Assembly: GCA_046595315.1 (NCBI GenBank)
Contig: JBKJOZ010000220.1
Span: 1-44,482 of the forward strand
Direction: 5' to 3'
Origin: Limisphaerales bacterium
GTDB lineage: Bacteria; Verrucomicrobiota; Verrucomicrobiia; Limisphaerales; CANJXF01
Length of the DNA: 44,482 nt
A program made the position numbers and the translations under genes. This document shows, piece after piece, positions 1 through 8,696 of this stretch (its first letter is position 1; the number at the start of each line of letters is the position of its first letter). The notes below the pieces were generated by a model that was given only the letters and a program-made list of their open reading frames with translations, was not told the DNA's origin and did not search any database.

Positions 1-3000
1 GCCAAGTGGATTCAAATCTGCAACCCTCGTTCGTGGTGGGAGCGGTGCCCAACAGCGGCAGACCGAGTGTGCGTTTCGACGGCATCATTTCACCCTCTAC
101 CGGAGACTTTTTGCAGGGGACAGGAAACGTGGGTATCCCAAATGATTATACTTCGTTCCTGGTTTATTCGCGGGCCAATCGGGTGGCGGGTGAAGAAGCT
201 TTGGTGGTGATCGGAGTTCCCGGAAACTCGAGCGCGATTCGTTCGCACTACGTTCGTAGCGGTGTGAGCGTGAATAACGAAATGGCCTTTAGTGGTTGGG
301 GGATCGATGTCGGGACCGGGTTCAGCATTCCGTCCGATACGTGGAGAATTTGGACGGATCGATTGATTGGAAATCAATTGGGATTTTTTGATACCGATGG
401 AACCAGTTCCATGACGCAAACGCAAAGTATCAACGGCTTAACCTCGCCGGGAGTTGGTCTTTTTCTCGGTGGTCTGGGCGCAAACACGAGGAACTTTCAG
501 GGGGACATTGCCGAAGTGCTCATCTATCAGGGTGCAGTGAGCGAGGCGGATCGGGTGGCAGTTGAGTCCTACTTGAAACAAAAATATTTTCAAGTATCCG
601 AGCCAGGAGCAGGCACCCTGACCTATCAGTGGAGTTTTAATGGCAACGCCATCAGCAATGCTACGAGTTCATCGCTGATCCTTTCGAATGTTTCGACCAA
701 CAACGCCGGGCAATTTCGGGTGGCCGTTTCCAATAACTTTGGTGCAACGCTCAGTTCCAACGCGGTGTTAACGGTTTTCAATCCGGTGGTGATCACGGCC
801 CACCCACAATCTGCAGGTGTTTTGGTGGGCTCAAACGTGACGTTTAATGTCGCCGCCACGGGCAGCGAACCGTTGAGTTTTCAGTGGTTGTTCAAGGGGA
901 CAAATATCAGCGGTGCGACCGGTGCCAGTTTTTCGATCACCAATGTTCAAGAAACCAATGCGGGGCTTTATTCGGTGCTGGTGACGAACGCGGTTTCAGC
1001 GGTGCAAAGTTCGAATGCCTTTCTTTCCGTGTTGAGTCCACCCCAAATCATTACGCAACCGCGCGGAGCGACGGTGCTGGCTGGAACGAATGTGGTTTTG
1101 AACGTGTCGGTGCTAGGAGGGGGAAGCAGCAGTTTACCCACGGTGAGTTCGGGGACGTTGGAACTTTGGTTGCGAGCGGATGCGGGCATTTCCATGGACG
1201 GCAGCAATCGGGTTAACCAATGGCAGGATCAATCCAGCCGGACGAATCATTGTGTACAGGGAAATGTTAACCTACAACCCGTCTGGGTCGCCTCAGGGAT
1301 GAACAATCGACCGGTGCTCCGTTTCGATGGAATTCAAGACGGTGTCAATGGCGATTTCCTGCAAGGTTCCGGCGCGGTGCAAATCCCGAACGGTTTCACA
1401 TCGTTCTTTGTTTATTCTCATGCGAACCGGATCGTTACGGAAGAAGTTCCAGTGGCAATCGGAGTTCCGGGTAGTGCTGGCCGCATGCGCTCCTATTATT
1501 TGCGCTCTGCCGGGTCTGTGGTGGAGATGGCCTTTAGTGCGTGGGGCTTCGACTTCGGCACTGGGTTTAACATCGCTCCCTCGATTCCGCGGCTCTGGAC
1601 TGACCGCGTCAACGCGGCCAAGACGCAACTGGAATTTTTCGATTATGACGGCACCAATGCTTTCTCCGTCACGAAAGCAATCAGTGGCTTTACGACCATC
1701 TCCCCCGGTTATTTCATTGGTGGACTCGGCGGGAATGTTCGTAACTTCCAAGGAGACATTGCCGAAGTGCTCTATTATCAAGGCACGTTGTCGGATGTCG
1801 ATCGTCTGGCCGTGGAAGATCATTTGAAGAGCAAGTATCTGCAAGCGGGTGGTGGGTCTGTCGCTTACCAATGGCTATTCAATGGCACCAACGTGGTGGG
1901 CGCAACCAATGCATCGCTGCTATTAACCAATGCGCAGCCGATCAGTTCGGGTAACTACACCGTCGTCATCACCAACTCGGCGGGTTCGGTCACGAGTGCC
2001 CCGGCGGTGGTCAATATTCGTTTTCTTTTCGCGGCGGCCAACGGCCAGCGCTTGACCAATGCGCAAACCAGTTTTGTCACTTCAGCCCAAATCTCGTTCC
2101 AAAGTTATTTCACGAATGGTTCGATCTTTTACACGTTGGATGGCTCGACTCCTTCGTTCTCGTCCAGGGCGTACACCGGCCCGTTCACCTTGAGCCGCGA
2201 CGCCGTCATCCGCGCGATTGTGTTCAGCCCCGATTTTTCGCAATCGGGTCAATCGGATCCGGTCACGGTCAACATCATTCCCACTTTTACCCTGGCCAAA
2301 GTGACGGCGGGCGGCGGGACGATTGCCAACACGGGCACGAGTCCGTTCTTGAGCAACACGGTGATCACTGTCACGGCGACGCCGTTGAGTGGGTGGACCT
2401 TTCTGCAATGGCTCGGCGATGCCAGCGGGACCAATCCAATGACCTCCGTGAACATGACGCGAAATAAATCGGTGCGCGCGGTTTTCGGGACCACTTTGAG
2501 CACGACCACCTCGGGCAATGGCGCGGTTTTCCTGAATCCGTCGGCGGGACTGTATCCGTTCGGTTCGACGGTTCGACTGACCGCGTTGCCGGAGACGGGC
2601 AATTTCTTCGGCGTCTGGGGAAATGCGGCGAGCGGCAACACTAATCCCTTGGATTTTGTGGTGATCAACGCCAACCAAACAGTGTCGTCACTGTTCTCCG
2701 CCTTAAGCGGTGGTCAATTTGCCCTGACCCTTTCGTCCAGCGGTTTTGGTCGCGCCACGGCCAGTCCGCGCGCGAATGCGTATTCCAGCGGACAAACGGT
2801 CACGCTCACGGCTACGCCGGATGCAGGGCAAACATTTCTTGGCTGGACGGGCGGCGGAACCATTGGGACTAACAATCCGTTGGCCGTGACCATGAGCCAG
2901 AATCGGAATGTCACGGCGAACTTCAGCAAGAGCCCGCTTTTAACGGTGCAGTTTGATCCGAGCACAGTGGGTTTTGAAGGTTTCCAACTCACCTTGAACG

Positions 3001-3155
3001 GCGCGTTTGGCGAGAGCTACTCGCTGCAACGCTCGAGCAATTTGGTGGATTGGGCGACGTTCCTGACCGTGACGAACTCCTATGGCACGAGTCAAACTTC
3101 CGATTTGCCTTCGACCAATTCCACTGGGCAGTTCTATCGCGCGACTCAGCCATAA
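1..3155 (+). CDS. Giant secreted/surface protein with its 5' end outside the window: two LamG-like + Ig-like units, further Ig-like modules, a chitobiase/Hex-C-like module, InlB-B-repeat-like modules and a C-terminal ...FYR module
   Basis: The reading frame is open to the window edge, and the GTG at 6 is only the first in-window start. Residues ~1-196 and ~383-617 are paralogous (RFDGI..GDFLQG..IPN..TSF.VYS.ANR ... RNFQGDIAEVL.YQG ... KY.Q). Each is followed by an Ig-like YQW.FNG..(G)A..S.L.L.N....G.Y.V segment. FYTLDGSTPSFSSRAYTGPF, GWTFLQWLGDASG, FFGVWGNAASG and TFLGWTGGG resemble known extracellular repeat modules. The protein ends ...SLQRSSNLVDWATF...GQFYRATQP. Confidence 0.6.
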   Translation, partial: QVDSNLQPSFVVGAVPNSGRPSVRFDGIISPSTGDFLQGTGNVGIPNDYTSFLVYSRANRVAGEEALVVIGVPGNSSAIRSHYVRSGVSVNNEMAFSGWGIDVGTGFSIPSDTWRIWTDRLIGNQLGFFDTDGTSSMTQTQSINGLTSPGVGLFLGGLGANTRNFQGDIAEVLIYQGAVSEADRVAVESYLKQKYFQVSEPGAGTLTYQWSFNGNAISNATSSSLILSNVSTNNAGQFRVAVSNNFGATLSSNAVLTVFNPVVITAHPQSAGVLVGSNVTFNVAATGSEPLSFQWLFKGTNISGATGASFSITNVQETNAGLYSVLVTNAVSAVQSSNAFLSVLSPPQIITQPRGATVLAGTNVVLNVSVLGGGSSSLPTVSSGTLELWLRADAGISMDGSNRVNQWQDQSSRTNHCVQGNVNLQPVWVASGMNNRPVLRFDGIQDGVNGDFLQGSGAVQIPNGFTSFFVYSHANRIVTEEVPVAIGVPGSAGRMRSYYLRSAGSVVEMAFSAWGFDFGTGFNIAPSIPRLWTDRVNAAKTQLEFFDYDGTNAFSVTKAISGFTTISPGYFIGGLGGNVRNFQGDIAEVLYYQGTLSDVDRLAVEDHLKSKYLQAGGGSVAYQWLFNGTNVVGATNASLLLTNAQPISSGNYTVVITNSAGSVTSAPAVVNIRFLFAAANGQRLTNAQTSFVTSAQISFQSYFTNGSIFYTLDGSTPSFSSRAYTGPFTLSRDAVIRAIVFSPDFSQSGQSDPVTVNIIPTFTLAKVTAGGGTIANTGTSPFLSNTVITVTATPLSGWTFLQWLGDASGTNPMTSVNMTRNKSVRAVFGTTLSTTTSGNGAVFLNPSAGLYPFGSTVRLTALPETGNFFGVWGNAASGNTNPLDFVVINANQTVSSLFSALSGGQFALTLSSSGFGRATASPRANAYSSGQTVTLTATPDAGQTFLGWTGGGTIGTNNPLAVTMSQNRNVTANFSKSPLLTVQFDPSTVGFEGFQLTLNGAFGESYSLQRSSNLVDWATFLTVTNSYGTSQTSDLPSTNSTGQFYRATQP

Positions 3156-3254
3156 AGGTTGAGTCGGCACCGGGTGGTTGCGCCAACTAAAGTGGTGATG
3201 GGTTCCGTTGGCCCGACCCGCTGCTGGTTGCGATGGGTAAATTTCCTGCCGCAA

Positions 3255-3899
3255 TCACGGCGGAGGTAGATTTTTATCGGTTAGCACTTGGAACCGTTGG
3301 ATAAACCATTCCTGACTGTTTTTTGGGTGGCCTTGGATCGGCGATGGAAAATCAAAGCGCGGCACAATCGCCACCTGCAAAATTTTCTTTTCAAAAAGTT
3401 TGGGCAACTTTTCTGTCGCCATCGATTCCGCAATAAATTTGGGCGCGATGAATTTGCTCAATTCCTGGTAGTCGCTGTCCGAAAGATGCGGCGCGCCGAC
3501 GAACGAAACCAGCGCATCCACATTTTTATGTTTCTTCATCGTGCGCACAAATCGACCCGCTGAAAATCCGCCGCCCGTTCGATATTTCGGCTGGTCTTTC
3601 GTGTCCAACATCATCACGTCATCAATTTTTATCGCCGATTTTTCCAATGCGGTTTTGAACGCTTCCAACTGCACTTTCAATTCAGGTGTCTTGGGCGTGT
3701 CAATCGCCACGACGAGGATTTTTCCTTTGCCGCCCAGCAAGCGCACGGTTTCCTCAGCCATGATTTGGCCGATGCCGCGATGAAGGGGTTCGTTGATTTG
3801 CGGCGGACGAAATTGCGTGAAATAAATCCAAACCGCTGACGCAGAAATTGCCGCTACGCAAGCGAGCACCAGGCTAATATTTTTTGTGCGCGGTTTCAT
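3255..3899 (-). CDS. Hypothetical N-terminally membrane-anchored protein, probably co-transcribed with the pseudopilin-like gene
   Basis: 214-aa ORF with a single N-terminal hydrophobic helix (ISLVLACVAAISASAVWIYF). Its start at 3899 lies 3 nt after the stop of 3903..4706. An alternating beta/alpha pattern (KILVVAID, ALVSFVGAP) is visible, but I can name no diagnostic motif. Confidence 0.5.
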   Translation of the reverse strand: MKPRTKNISLVLACVAAISASAVWIYFTQFRPPQINEPLHRGIGQIMAEETVRLLGGKGKILVVAIDTPKTPELKVQLEAFKTALEKSAIKIDDVMMLDTKDQPKYRTGGGFSAGRFVRTMKKHKNVDALVSFVGAPHLSDSDYQELSKFIAPKFIAESMATEKLPKLFEKKILQVAIVPRFDFPSPIQGHPKNSQEWFIQRFQVLTDKNLPPP

Positions 3900-3902
3900 C
3901 GT

Positions 3903-4706
3903 TCAATATCTCCAGCGAATGTTAGTGCTGTTGGTGGAGCGGACGTTGGGGATGGCGAAAGTATCGAAGGTGGAAGCGCTGCCGTCAAAAAAAACCATGT
4001 TGGACCGCGTGTTTTTCCGGTGCCGTGCGTTGATGCGTTCGTCTTTGCCGTTGTGAATCCAAAATCCGTCGAAGAGCATCGGCATTCTCGCAATGCGCGC
4101 CGCTGAATTGAATTTATTGACGCTGACCGATTTCGTTCCATCCATCGGCACGCGCGTAAAGGGCCATTTTTTGGAACTGCCGGTGGAACCGTTCATCCCA
4201 TACCAGCAATCAATGTAAAATTTTTTCCCGGTGCTTTCCGAGGCGTAGGGCCAGGCCTTGGCGCCTTCGGGATCATCCCGGCTGGTGGGAGGAAACGAAT
4301 ACGCTTCGGGCAAGCCGGAGGGACAACGAAAAACGGATTTGGCAGACGGAACACTAAAAAAGGTAGGCGAGGTCGGCGCGGGCAAATATTTGGCATTGAA
4401 AAGAATGGTGGGCCAACCTTCTTGAAATTTCGCGCCGTTGCTGACGTCGTATTCGGCCGGAATAAGTTGGTCGCGGTTGTCATCGGAATAAAGAGTGATG
4501 GCCAGCGCCATTTGTTTGAGATTGCTGACACAGGAAATGCTGCGGGCTTTTTCCTTGGCGGCCGACAGAGCGGGCAAAAGCAACGCCGCGAGAATTGCGA
4601 TGATGGCAATCACCACCAGAAGTTCGATCAACGTAAACGCCGCAACGACTTTTCCATCCCTGTAAAACTTCCCTTTTTCCAATTGGCGATGAACAATTCG
4701 CAACAC
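3903..4706 (-). CDS. Prepilin-type N-terminal cleavage/methylation domain protein (DUF1559-like pseudopilin)
   Basis: N-terminal [50 protein letters not shown] is the canonical type IV pilin-like methylation motif plus helix. The C-terminal ARH...NMVFFDGS resembles the H-x-DG tail of the DUF1559 family that is expanded in Planctomycetes and Verrucomicrobia. Confidence 0.75.
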   Translation of the reverse strand: MLRIVHRQLEKGKFYRDGKVVAAFTLIELLVVIAIIAILAALLLPALSAAKEKARSISCVSNLKQMALAITLYSDDNRDQLIPAEYDVSNGAKFQEGWPTILFNAKYLPAPTSPTFFSVPSAKSVFRCPSGLPEAYSFPPTSRDDPEGAKAWPYASESTGKKFYIDCWYGMNGSTGSSKKWPFTRVPMDGTKSVSVNKFNSAARIARMPMLFDGFWIHNGKDERINARHRKNTRSNMVFFDGSASTFDTFAIPNVRSTNSTNIRWRY

Positions 4707-4790
4707 AACCCTAAAGTATTTGAAGAGGAAATTCGGTCAACCTTTCTCTCGCTTGCGGGAGCGCGATTCTGCTAGGCTACGAACAATTTT

Positions 4791-6608
4791 ATGACGCATT
4801 CTCGCCAACACTTTTGGATTATTTTCTTCTCTTTGATTTCGATTTTCGCCGCAATGGTTCCCGCTCGTGCCGACAACGTTTGGACCAATTCGCTCGGCGG
4901 TTTTTGGCACATTACCAACAACTGGTCTGGCGGCCTGCTGCCCACCAGCAGTTCGACGGTTCAGATTACAAATTCAGGAACGAAAACTGTCAGTGTAGAT
5001 TCCGCGACGCCCTTAGCCAATCTGGCGGCGAACCGCATTTTTCTCAATGCACCGATCGGTTCGACCAACACGCTGGAGCTTTCCAATATTTCAAGCAATT
5101 CACCTTTCACCAATTTTTACCTCGTGAATGTGGCGCGCGGTGGTGCCCTTGTGTTGTCGAATTCAACGCTGGTGGTGGATGGAATTCTTGGCGGCGCGTT
5201 GAACATTCTCGCTGGGACGGCGACCCTCGAAAGCAGCAAGCTTGATTGCAGCGCAGTCACGGCGCGCATCGGAAGAACCAACAACGCGGTGGGATCTCTG
5301 ACGCTCAAAAGTGGTGAATTTATCGCGGACACTTTACTGGTTGGGGAAACGTCCGGCGCTCAGGGATTTTTAAATTTATCCAATGGGTTGATCACCGTTT
5401 CCACGTTGCTCAGTTTGGGCGAAACCGCAAACTCGACAGGAACCGTGAATGTGGCGGGCGGCACACTCCTCGTTACCAACGGCTCCGCCAAAGTAGGAAA
5501 TCTCGGCGTGGGACAAATGACGTTGACCGGGGGGATGGTTAATTTTTCTTCAACATTGCGTATCGCCGACACCATCGGCGGCACCGGAACGATTTCTCTT
5601 TTGGGCGGCCAACTTGTCGCCATTAACGACATCACTTCAATTGGTCGATTTGGCCTTGGCCAGATGATTGTCTCCAACGCCACCGCCACCTTGACGAATG
5701 TGTCGGTGGGACGACACCTCGGCGCGCGCGGCACGTTGACGATCCAAAGCAATGCGCTCGTCAATTGTTTTGGCGACCTTTCAATTGGTCGATTCGCTGG
5801 CTCGACTGGAACTGTTTTTCTAGCGGGTGGAATGCTGAAAATGACTAACGACTCCATCTGGGTCGGACGTGAAGGTTTCGGTCAACTCACCGTTTCCAAT
5901 GGAATTGCGAGTGCAAAAAATTTATTGGTCGCAGCAAATTTCACCAACTCCGCCAGCGGCAACGTGTCCGTCGCGGGCGGAACTCTTCTGTTGTCTTCCA
6001 ATCTCGTGGTCGGCAGCACCGGACTTTCCACCGGGCTCGTTTCAATTGTCAGCGGGAAAATTTTTCTCACCAACTCGGCGAACGCAGCTTATTTGGAAAT
6101 TCCGCAAGGCTCGGTCACGCTGTCCGGTGGTAATCTCACGGCGGATATTTTGCGTCTGACGAATTCAACCGGCCAATTTATTTTCAGCAGCGGAACTTTG
6201 GAAAGTAAAAGCACCACTGTGACCACAGGCGCTCCGTTTGTTATTGGCGATGGCACAAATGCGGCGACATTCCGACTGCTCGGCGGGACCCACACGTTTC
6301 AAAATGGGTTGATTATTTCCAGCAACGCGACGGTGACGGGCTGCGGAAACATTGTCGGCACCATTTTCAACAGCGGAACTCTTTCGCTCTGCTCCTCGAC
6401 GATTGTCAGCATTCAGAAAGTTAACGGAACAACCATTTCGTTCACGACGCTGAGCGGGAAAACTTACACGTTGCAGTTCAAAAATCTCTTGAGCGATGCA
6501 AGTTGGACTCCATTGCCAAACCCGGTTATTGGGACTGGAAACGTGATGTCGATTCCCGATTCCACCGCTCAACCGGCCACGCGGTTTTATAGAATCGCGT
6601 TCAACTGA
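4791..6608 (+). CDS. Secreted beta-helix repeat protein (autotransporter-passenger/PATR-like repeats) with a C-terminal ...FYR module
   Basis: Signal peptide MTHSRQHFWIIFFSLISIFAAMVPARA. There are many ~22-25 aa G/N/T/S/L-rich repeats of the form G.G.L.L..G.......(V/I)G......G (e.g. GTVNVAGGTLLVTNGSAKVGNLGVGQMTLTGGMVNF, GTVFLAGGMLKMTNDSIWVGREGFGQLTVSNG). The C-terminus is YTLQFKNLLSDASWTPL...ATRFYRIAFN. Confidence 0.65.
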   Translation: MTHSRQHFWIIFFSLISIFAAMVPARADNVWTNSLGGFWHITNNWSGGLLPTSSSTVQITNSGTKTVSVDSATPLANLAANRIFLNAPIGSTNTLELSNISSNSPFTNFYLVNVARGGALVLSNSTLVVDGILGGALNILAGTATLESSKLDCSAVTARIGRTNNAVGSLTLKSGEFIADTLLVGETSGAQGFLNLSNGLITVSTLLSLGETANSTGTVNVAGGTLLVTNGSAKVGNLGVGQMTLTGGMVNFSSTLRIADTIGGTGTISLLGGQLVAINDITSIGRFGLGQMIVSNATATLTNVSVGRHLGARGTLTIQSNALVNCFGDLSIGRFAGSTGTVFLAGGMLKMTNDSIWVGREGFGQLTVSNGIASAKNLLVAANFTNSASGNVSVAGGTLLLSSNLVVGSTGLSTGLVSIVSGKIFLTNSANAAYLEIPQGSVTLSGGNLTADILRLTNSTGQFIFSSGTLESKSTTVTTGAPFVIGDGTNAATFRLLGGTHTFQNGLIISSNATVTGCGNIVGTIFNSGTLSLCSSTIVSIQKVNGTTISFTTLSGKTYTLQFKNLLSDASWTPLPNPVIGTGNVMSIPDSTAQPATRFYRIAFN

Positions 6609-7623
6609 TCCCCAATTTTTCTTCGCACAATTTCACCAATGCTTCGGTGGTTTTCCGTCGCTCGGGGTGTTGCGTGCTGAGAAAAATGTGTCGGACGAGC
6701 GTGAGTGTTGCGTAAATTTTTACTGAGACGCGGCTGGTTTCCCCGCTCAATTCGACGAATCGATTTTCCAACGCGCGCTCTACTTCGCCGAGAGCGCTCG
6801 CGTTTCCAAAGTGTCGTAAACTTTGTTCGGTGAGATGGCCTAGAAAATTTCCAACGTCCAAGCCCACATCGCCGCTGCAATATAAATCAAAATCAATCAG
6901 GTAAATTCGCGCGCCATCGCTGATGACTTGTGCTGGATAAAAATCCCGATGACTTCCGCATTTGGGCAAATCAGGATGCGTCGCGGCCAGTGCGTCGCAA
7001 GATTGCAAAATCTTCGTCAGGCGAGAGTTCCATTGCGGCTGAGCGACGGACACTTTCTCCATGCATTCGTGCAAAATGCGCAACTCGTCGGCAATCGAAT
7101 GCTCGCGTTCCGTTGGAACTTTTGTTTGATGCACTTTGATAATTGCTTCAGCAATTCGCCCGGCCAAAGGTGCGGAATTGGGTAGCAACAAAAGTTCCGT
7201 GGCAGTGGTGCCGGGAACTTTTCGCTGAAACCACATTTGCACTTTTGGAATAACGCCGATCGGTTCCGGCACCGAAATTCCATCGCCACTTTTGACGTCG
7301 AAACCAGCGCGCCAAAATTCATCGAGCAACCGATAGCCTTCGTTGCCAAAACGCCGCGCTCGCATTTTTCCGATGAGCGTGACGGTTTCTGACGGTGAAT
7401 CGGGTCGCTCGATATTGACGTCGTATTCGACGACGCAACGTCGCCCCGGTTTGTGTCGCACCACGCGAATGGCCTGAAGGCGAACCAAACTGTTTTCGCC
7501 AGTAAGCCGAGGCAGGCCACGCTTCATTTCTTTTCGGGCGATTTGTGGATCGAGCGCAAAAGCCAGCGCGGGAAGCGCAGGGTCGCTCAACGAATTAAAT
7601 GGATCGCTAACGGAAATATTCAC
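6601..7623 (-). CDS. Protein-kinase-fold phosphotransferase (APH / LPS-kinase-like family)
   Basis: Catalytic-loop-like SHRDFYPAQVI followed by YLIDFDLYCSGD (metal-binding D.D). HRD.Y resembles WaaP-type HRDCY. The GTG start at 7623 overlaps the stop of the upstream GT4 gene (GTGA). Confidence 0.55.
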   Translation of the reverse strand: MNISVSDPFNSLSDPALPALAFALDPQIARKEMKRGLPRLTGENSLVRLQAIRVVRHKPGRRCVVEYDVNIERPDSPSETVTLIGKMRARRFGNEGYRLLDEFWRAGFDVKSGDGISVPEPIGVIPKVQMWFQRKVPGTTATELLLLPNSAPLAGRIAEAIIKVHQTKVPTEREHSIADELRILHECMEKVSVAQPQWNSRLTKILQSCDALAATHPDLPKCGSHRDFYPAQVISDGARIYLIDFDLYCSGDVGLDVGNFLGHLTEQSLRHFGNASALGEVERALENRFVELSGETSRVSVKIYATLTLVRHIFLSTQHPERRKTTEALVKLCEEKLGIS

Positions 7624-8696
7624 GAAGCGGCTCCTAAAATTTTTGACCAGAGCGAAATCAATTGTCCAACTTGCTTTGCTTGGTCGAATTTTTGTTCTGC
7701 GCTTTTTCGAGCCGCTTGGCCGAATGCCCTGCGTAGATTTTTATCGCACAATAATTTTTCCAAGGCGGAGGCGAATTGTTCAACATCATTTGCGCCGACG
7801 AGCAAGCCGGTTTTTCCGTCGTCAACCAATTCGGGAATTCCACCGACGGAAGTTGCCACCACCGGAACGCCGCAGGCCGCTGCTTCCATGAGGCTGACGG
7901 GCATGCCTTCATTTTCACTGCTGAGAACGCCAATGTCCGCCTGTTGCCACCAGCGATGAACTTCGGCCTGAGTCGCCGCGCCTCTGAATTCCACAAAATT
8001 TTCCAAGCGTAAATTTTTTTGCAGCAAATTTAATTCTTCACGACATGGGCCGTCACCGATCAATACGCAGCGAAAGGAAATCTCGCGGTCGCGGAGGAGC
8101 GCACAGGCATTGAGCAACAATTTTAAATTTTTTACTTTGACCAAACGAGCGACGCAAAGAATTAGCGGCGGCATTTTCTCGGCTGAAGATATTGGCGCTG
8201 GGCAAAATTTCTCTAAATCAATTCCGCAGGGGATGACGTGAACATGTTTGGCTGGGACCGAAAAAGTTTTGGCGATGTATTCGGCATTCGCTTGCGAAAC
8301 CGTGACAACGCCCGCCGCAGCCAAGGCGCGTTCGGCAAAATCAACCGGCGGCTTGCGGAAAACATCATAGCCGTGAGCTGTAAACGTGAACGGAATATGC
8401 AACTTGGCGGCGAAGTCACGAGCAGCTTCCGTCGGCTCGGTGGCGAAATGAGCGTGTAAAATTTGTGGCTTAAATTCCTTGAGCGCTGCGGAAAAATTTT
8501 CGGTGTCGTAACTGGTAATTTGATCCAAGCCAGAATCCACGATCATTTCGTGGCGCATATCCTCGGTCGGTTTTCGCAGCGAAAAGACGCGAACTTCGAC
8601 ACCCTGACGACGCAGTTCAATGATTTCGTTTGCAATAAATGTTTCCGATAATTTCGGAAACACGTTCACCAGATAGGCAACGCGGATGGGCGTCAT
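7620..8696 (-). CDS. Glycosyltransferase family 4 (WcaL-like)
   Basis: MTPIRVAYLVNVFPKLSETFIANEIIELRRQGVEV is a typical GT4 N-terminus. The C-terminal half has the EGMPVSLMEAAACGVPVVATSVGGIPELV (E.7E-type) motif. I chose the ATG at 8696 (M55 of the track ORF) because it overlaps the upstream stop as ATGA and because the longer N-terminus is Arg-rich junk lying inside the upstream gene. Confidence 0.7.
   Translation of the reverse strand: MTPIRVAYLVNVFPKLSETFIANEIIELRRQGVEVRVFSLRKPTEDMRHEMIVDSGLDQITSYDTENFSAALKEFKPQILHAHFATEPTEAARDFAAKLHIPFTFTAHGYDVFRKPPVDFAERALAAAGVVTVSQANAEYIAKTFSVPAKHVHVIPCGIDLEKFCPAPISSAEKMPPLILCVARLVKVKNLKLLLNACALLRDREISFRCVLIGDGPCREELNLLQKNLRLENFVEFRGAATQAEVHRWWQQADIGVLSSENEGMPVSLMEAAACGVPVVATSVGGIPELVDDGKTGLLVGANDVEQFASALEKLLCDKNLRRAFGQAARKSAEQKFDQAKQVGQLISLWSKILGAAS

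Noticed and set aside
8-25. tRNA T-arm-like string GGATTCAAATC at the window start, and GGTTCGAAC at 33542.
   Set aside because: Neither has flanking acceptor or anticodon stems, and both lie inside well-supported coding frames.
1293-1871. Long antisense or out-of-frame ORFs inside well-supported genes. Examples: 1293..1871 -, 2082..2678 -, 13735..14436 -, 30151..30999 -, 32508..32981 -, 40552..41430 -, 20367..20942 +, 21809..22534 +.
   Set aside because: They lie entirely within genes that have clear family motifs. They are Arg/Gly/Pro/Ser-rich with no motifs, as expected for shadow ORFs in moderately GC-rich coding DNA.
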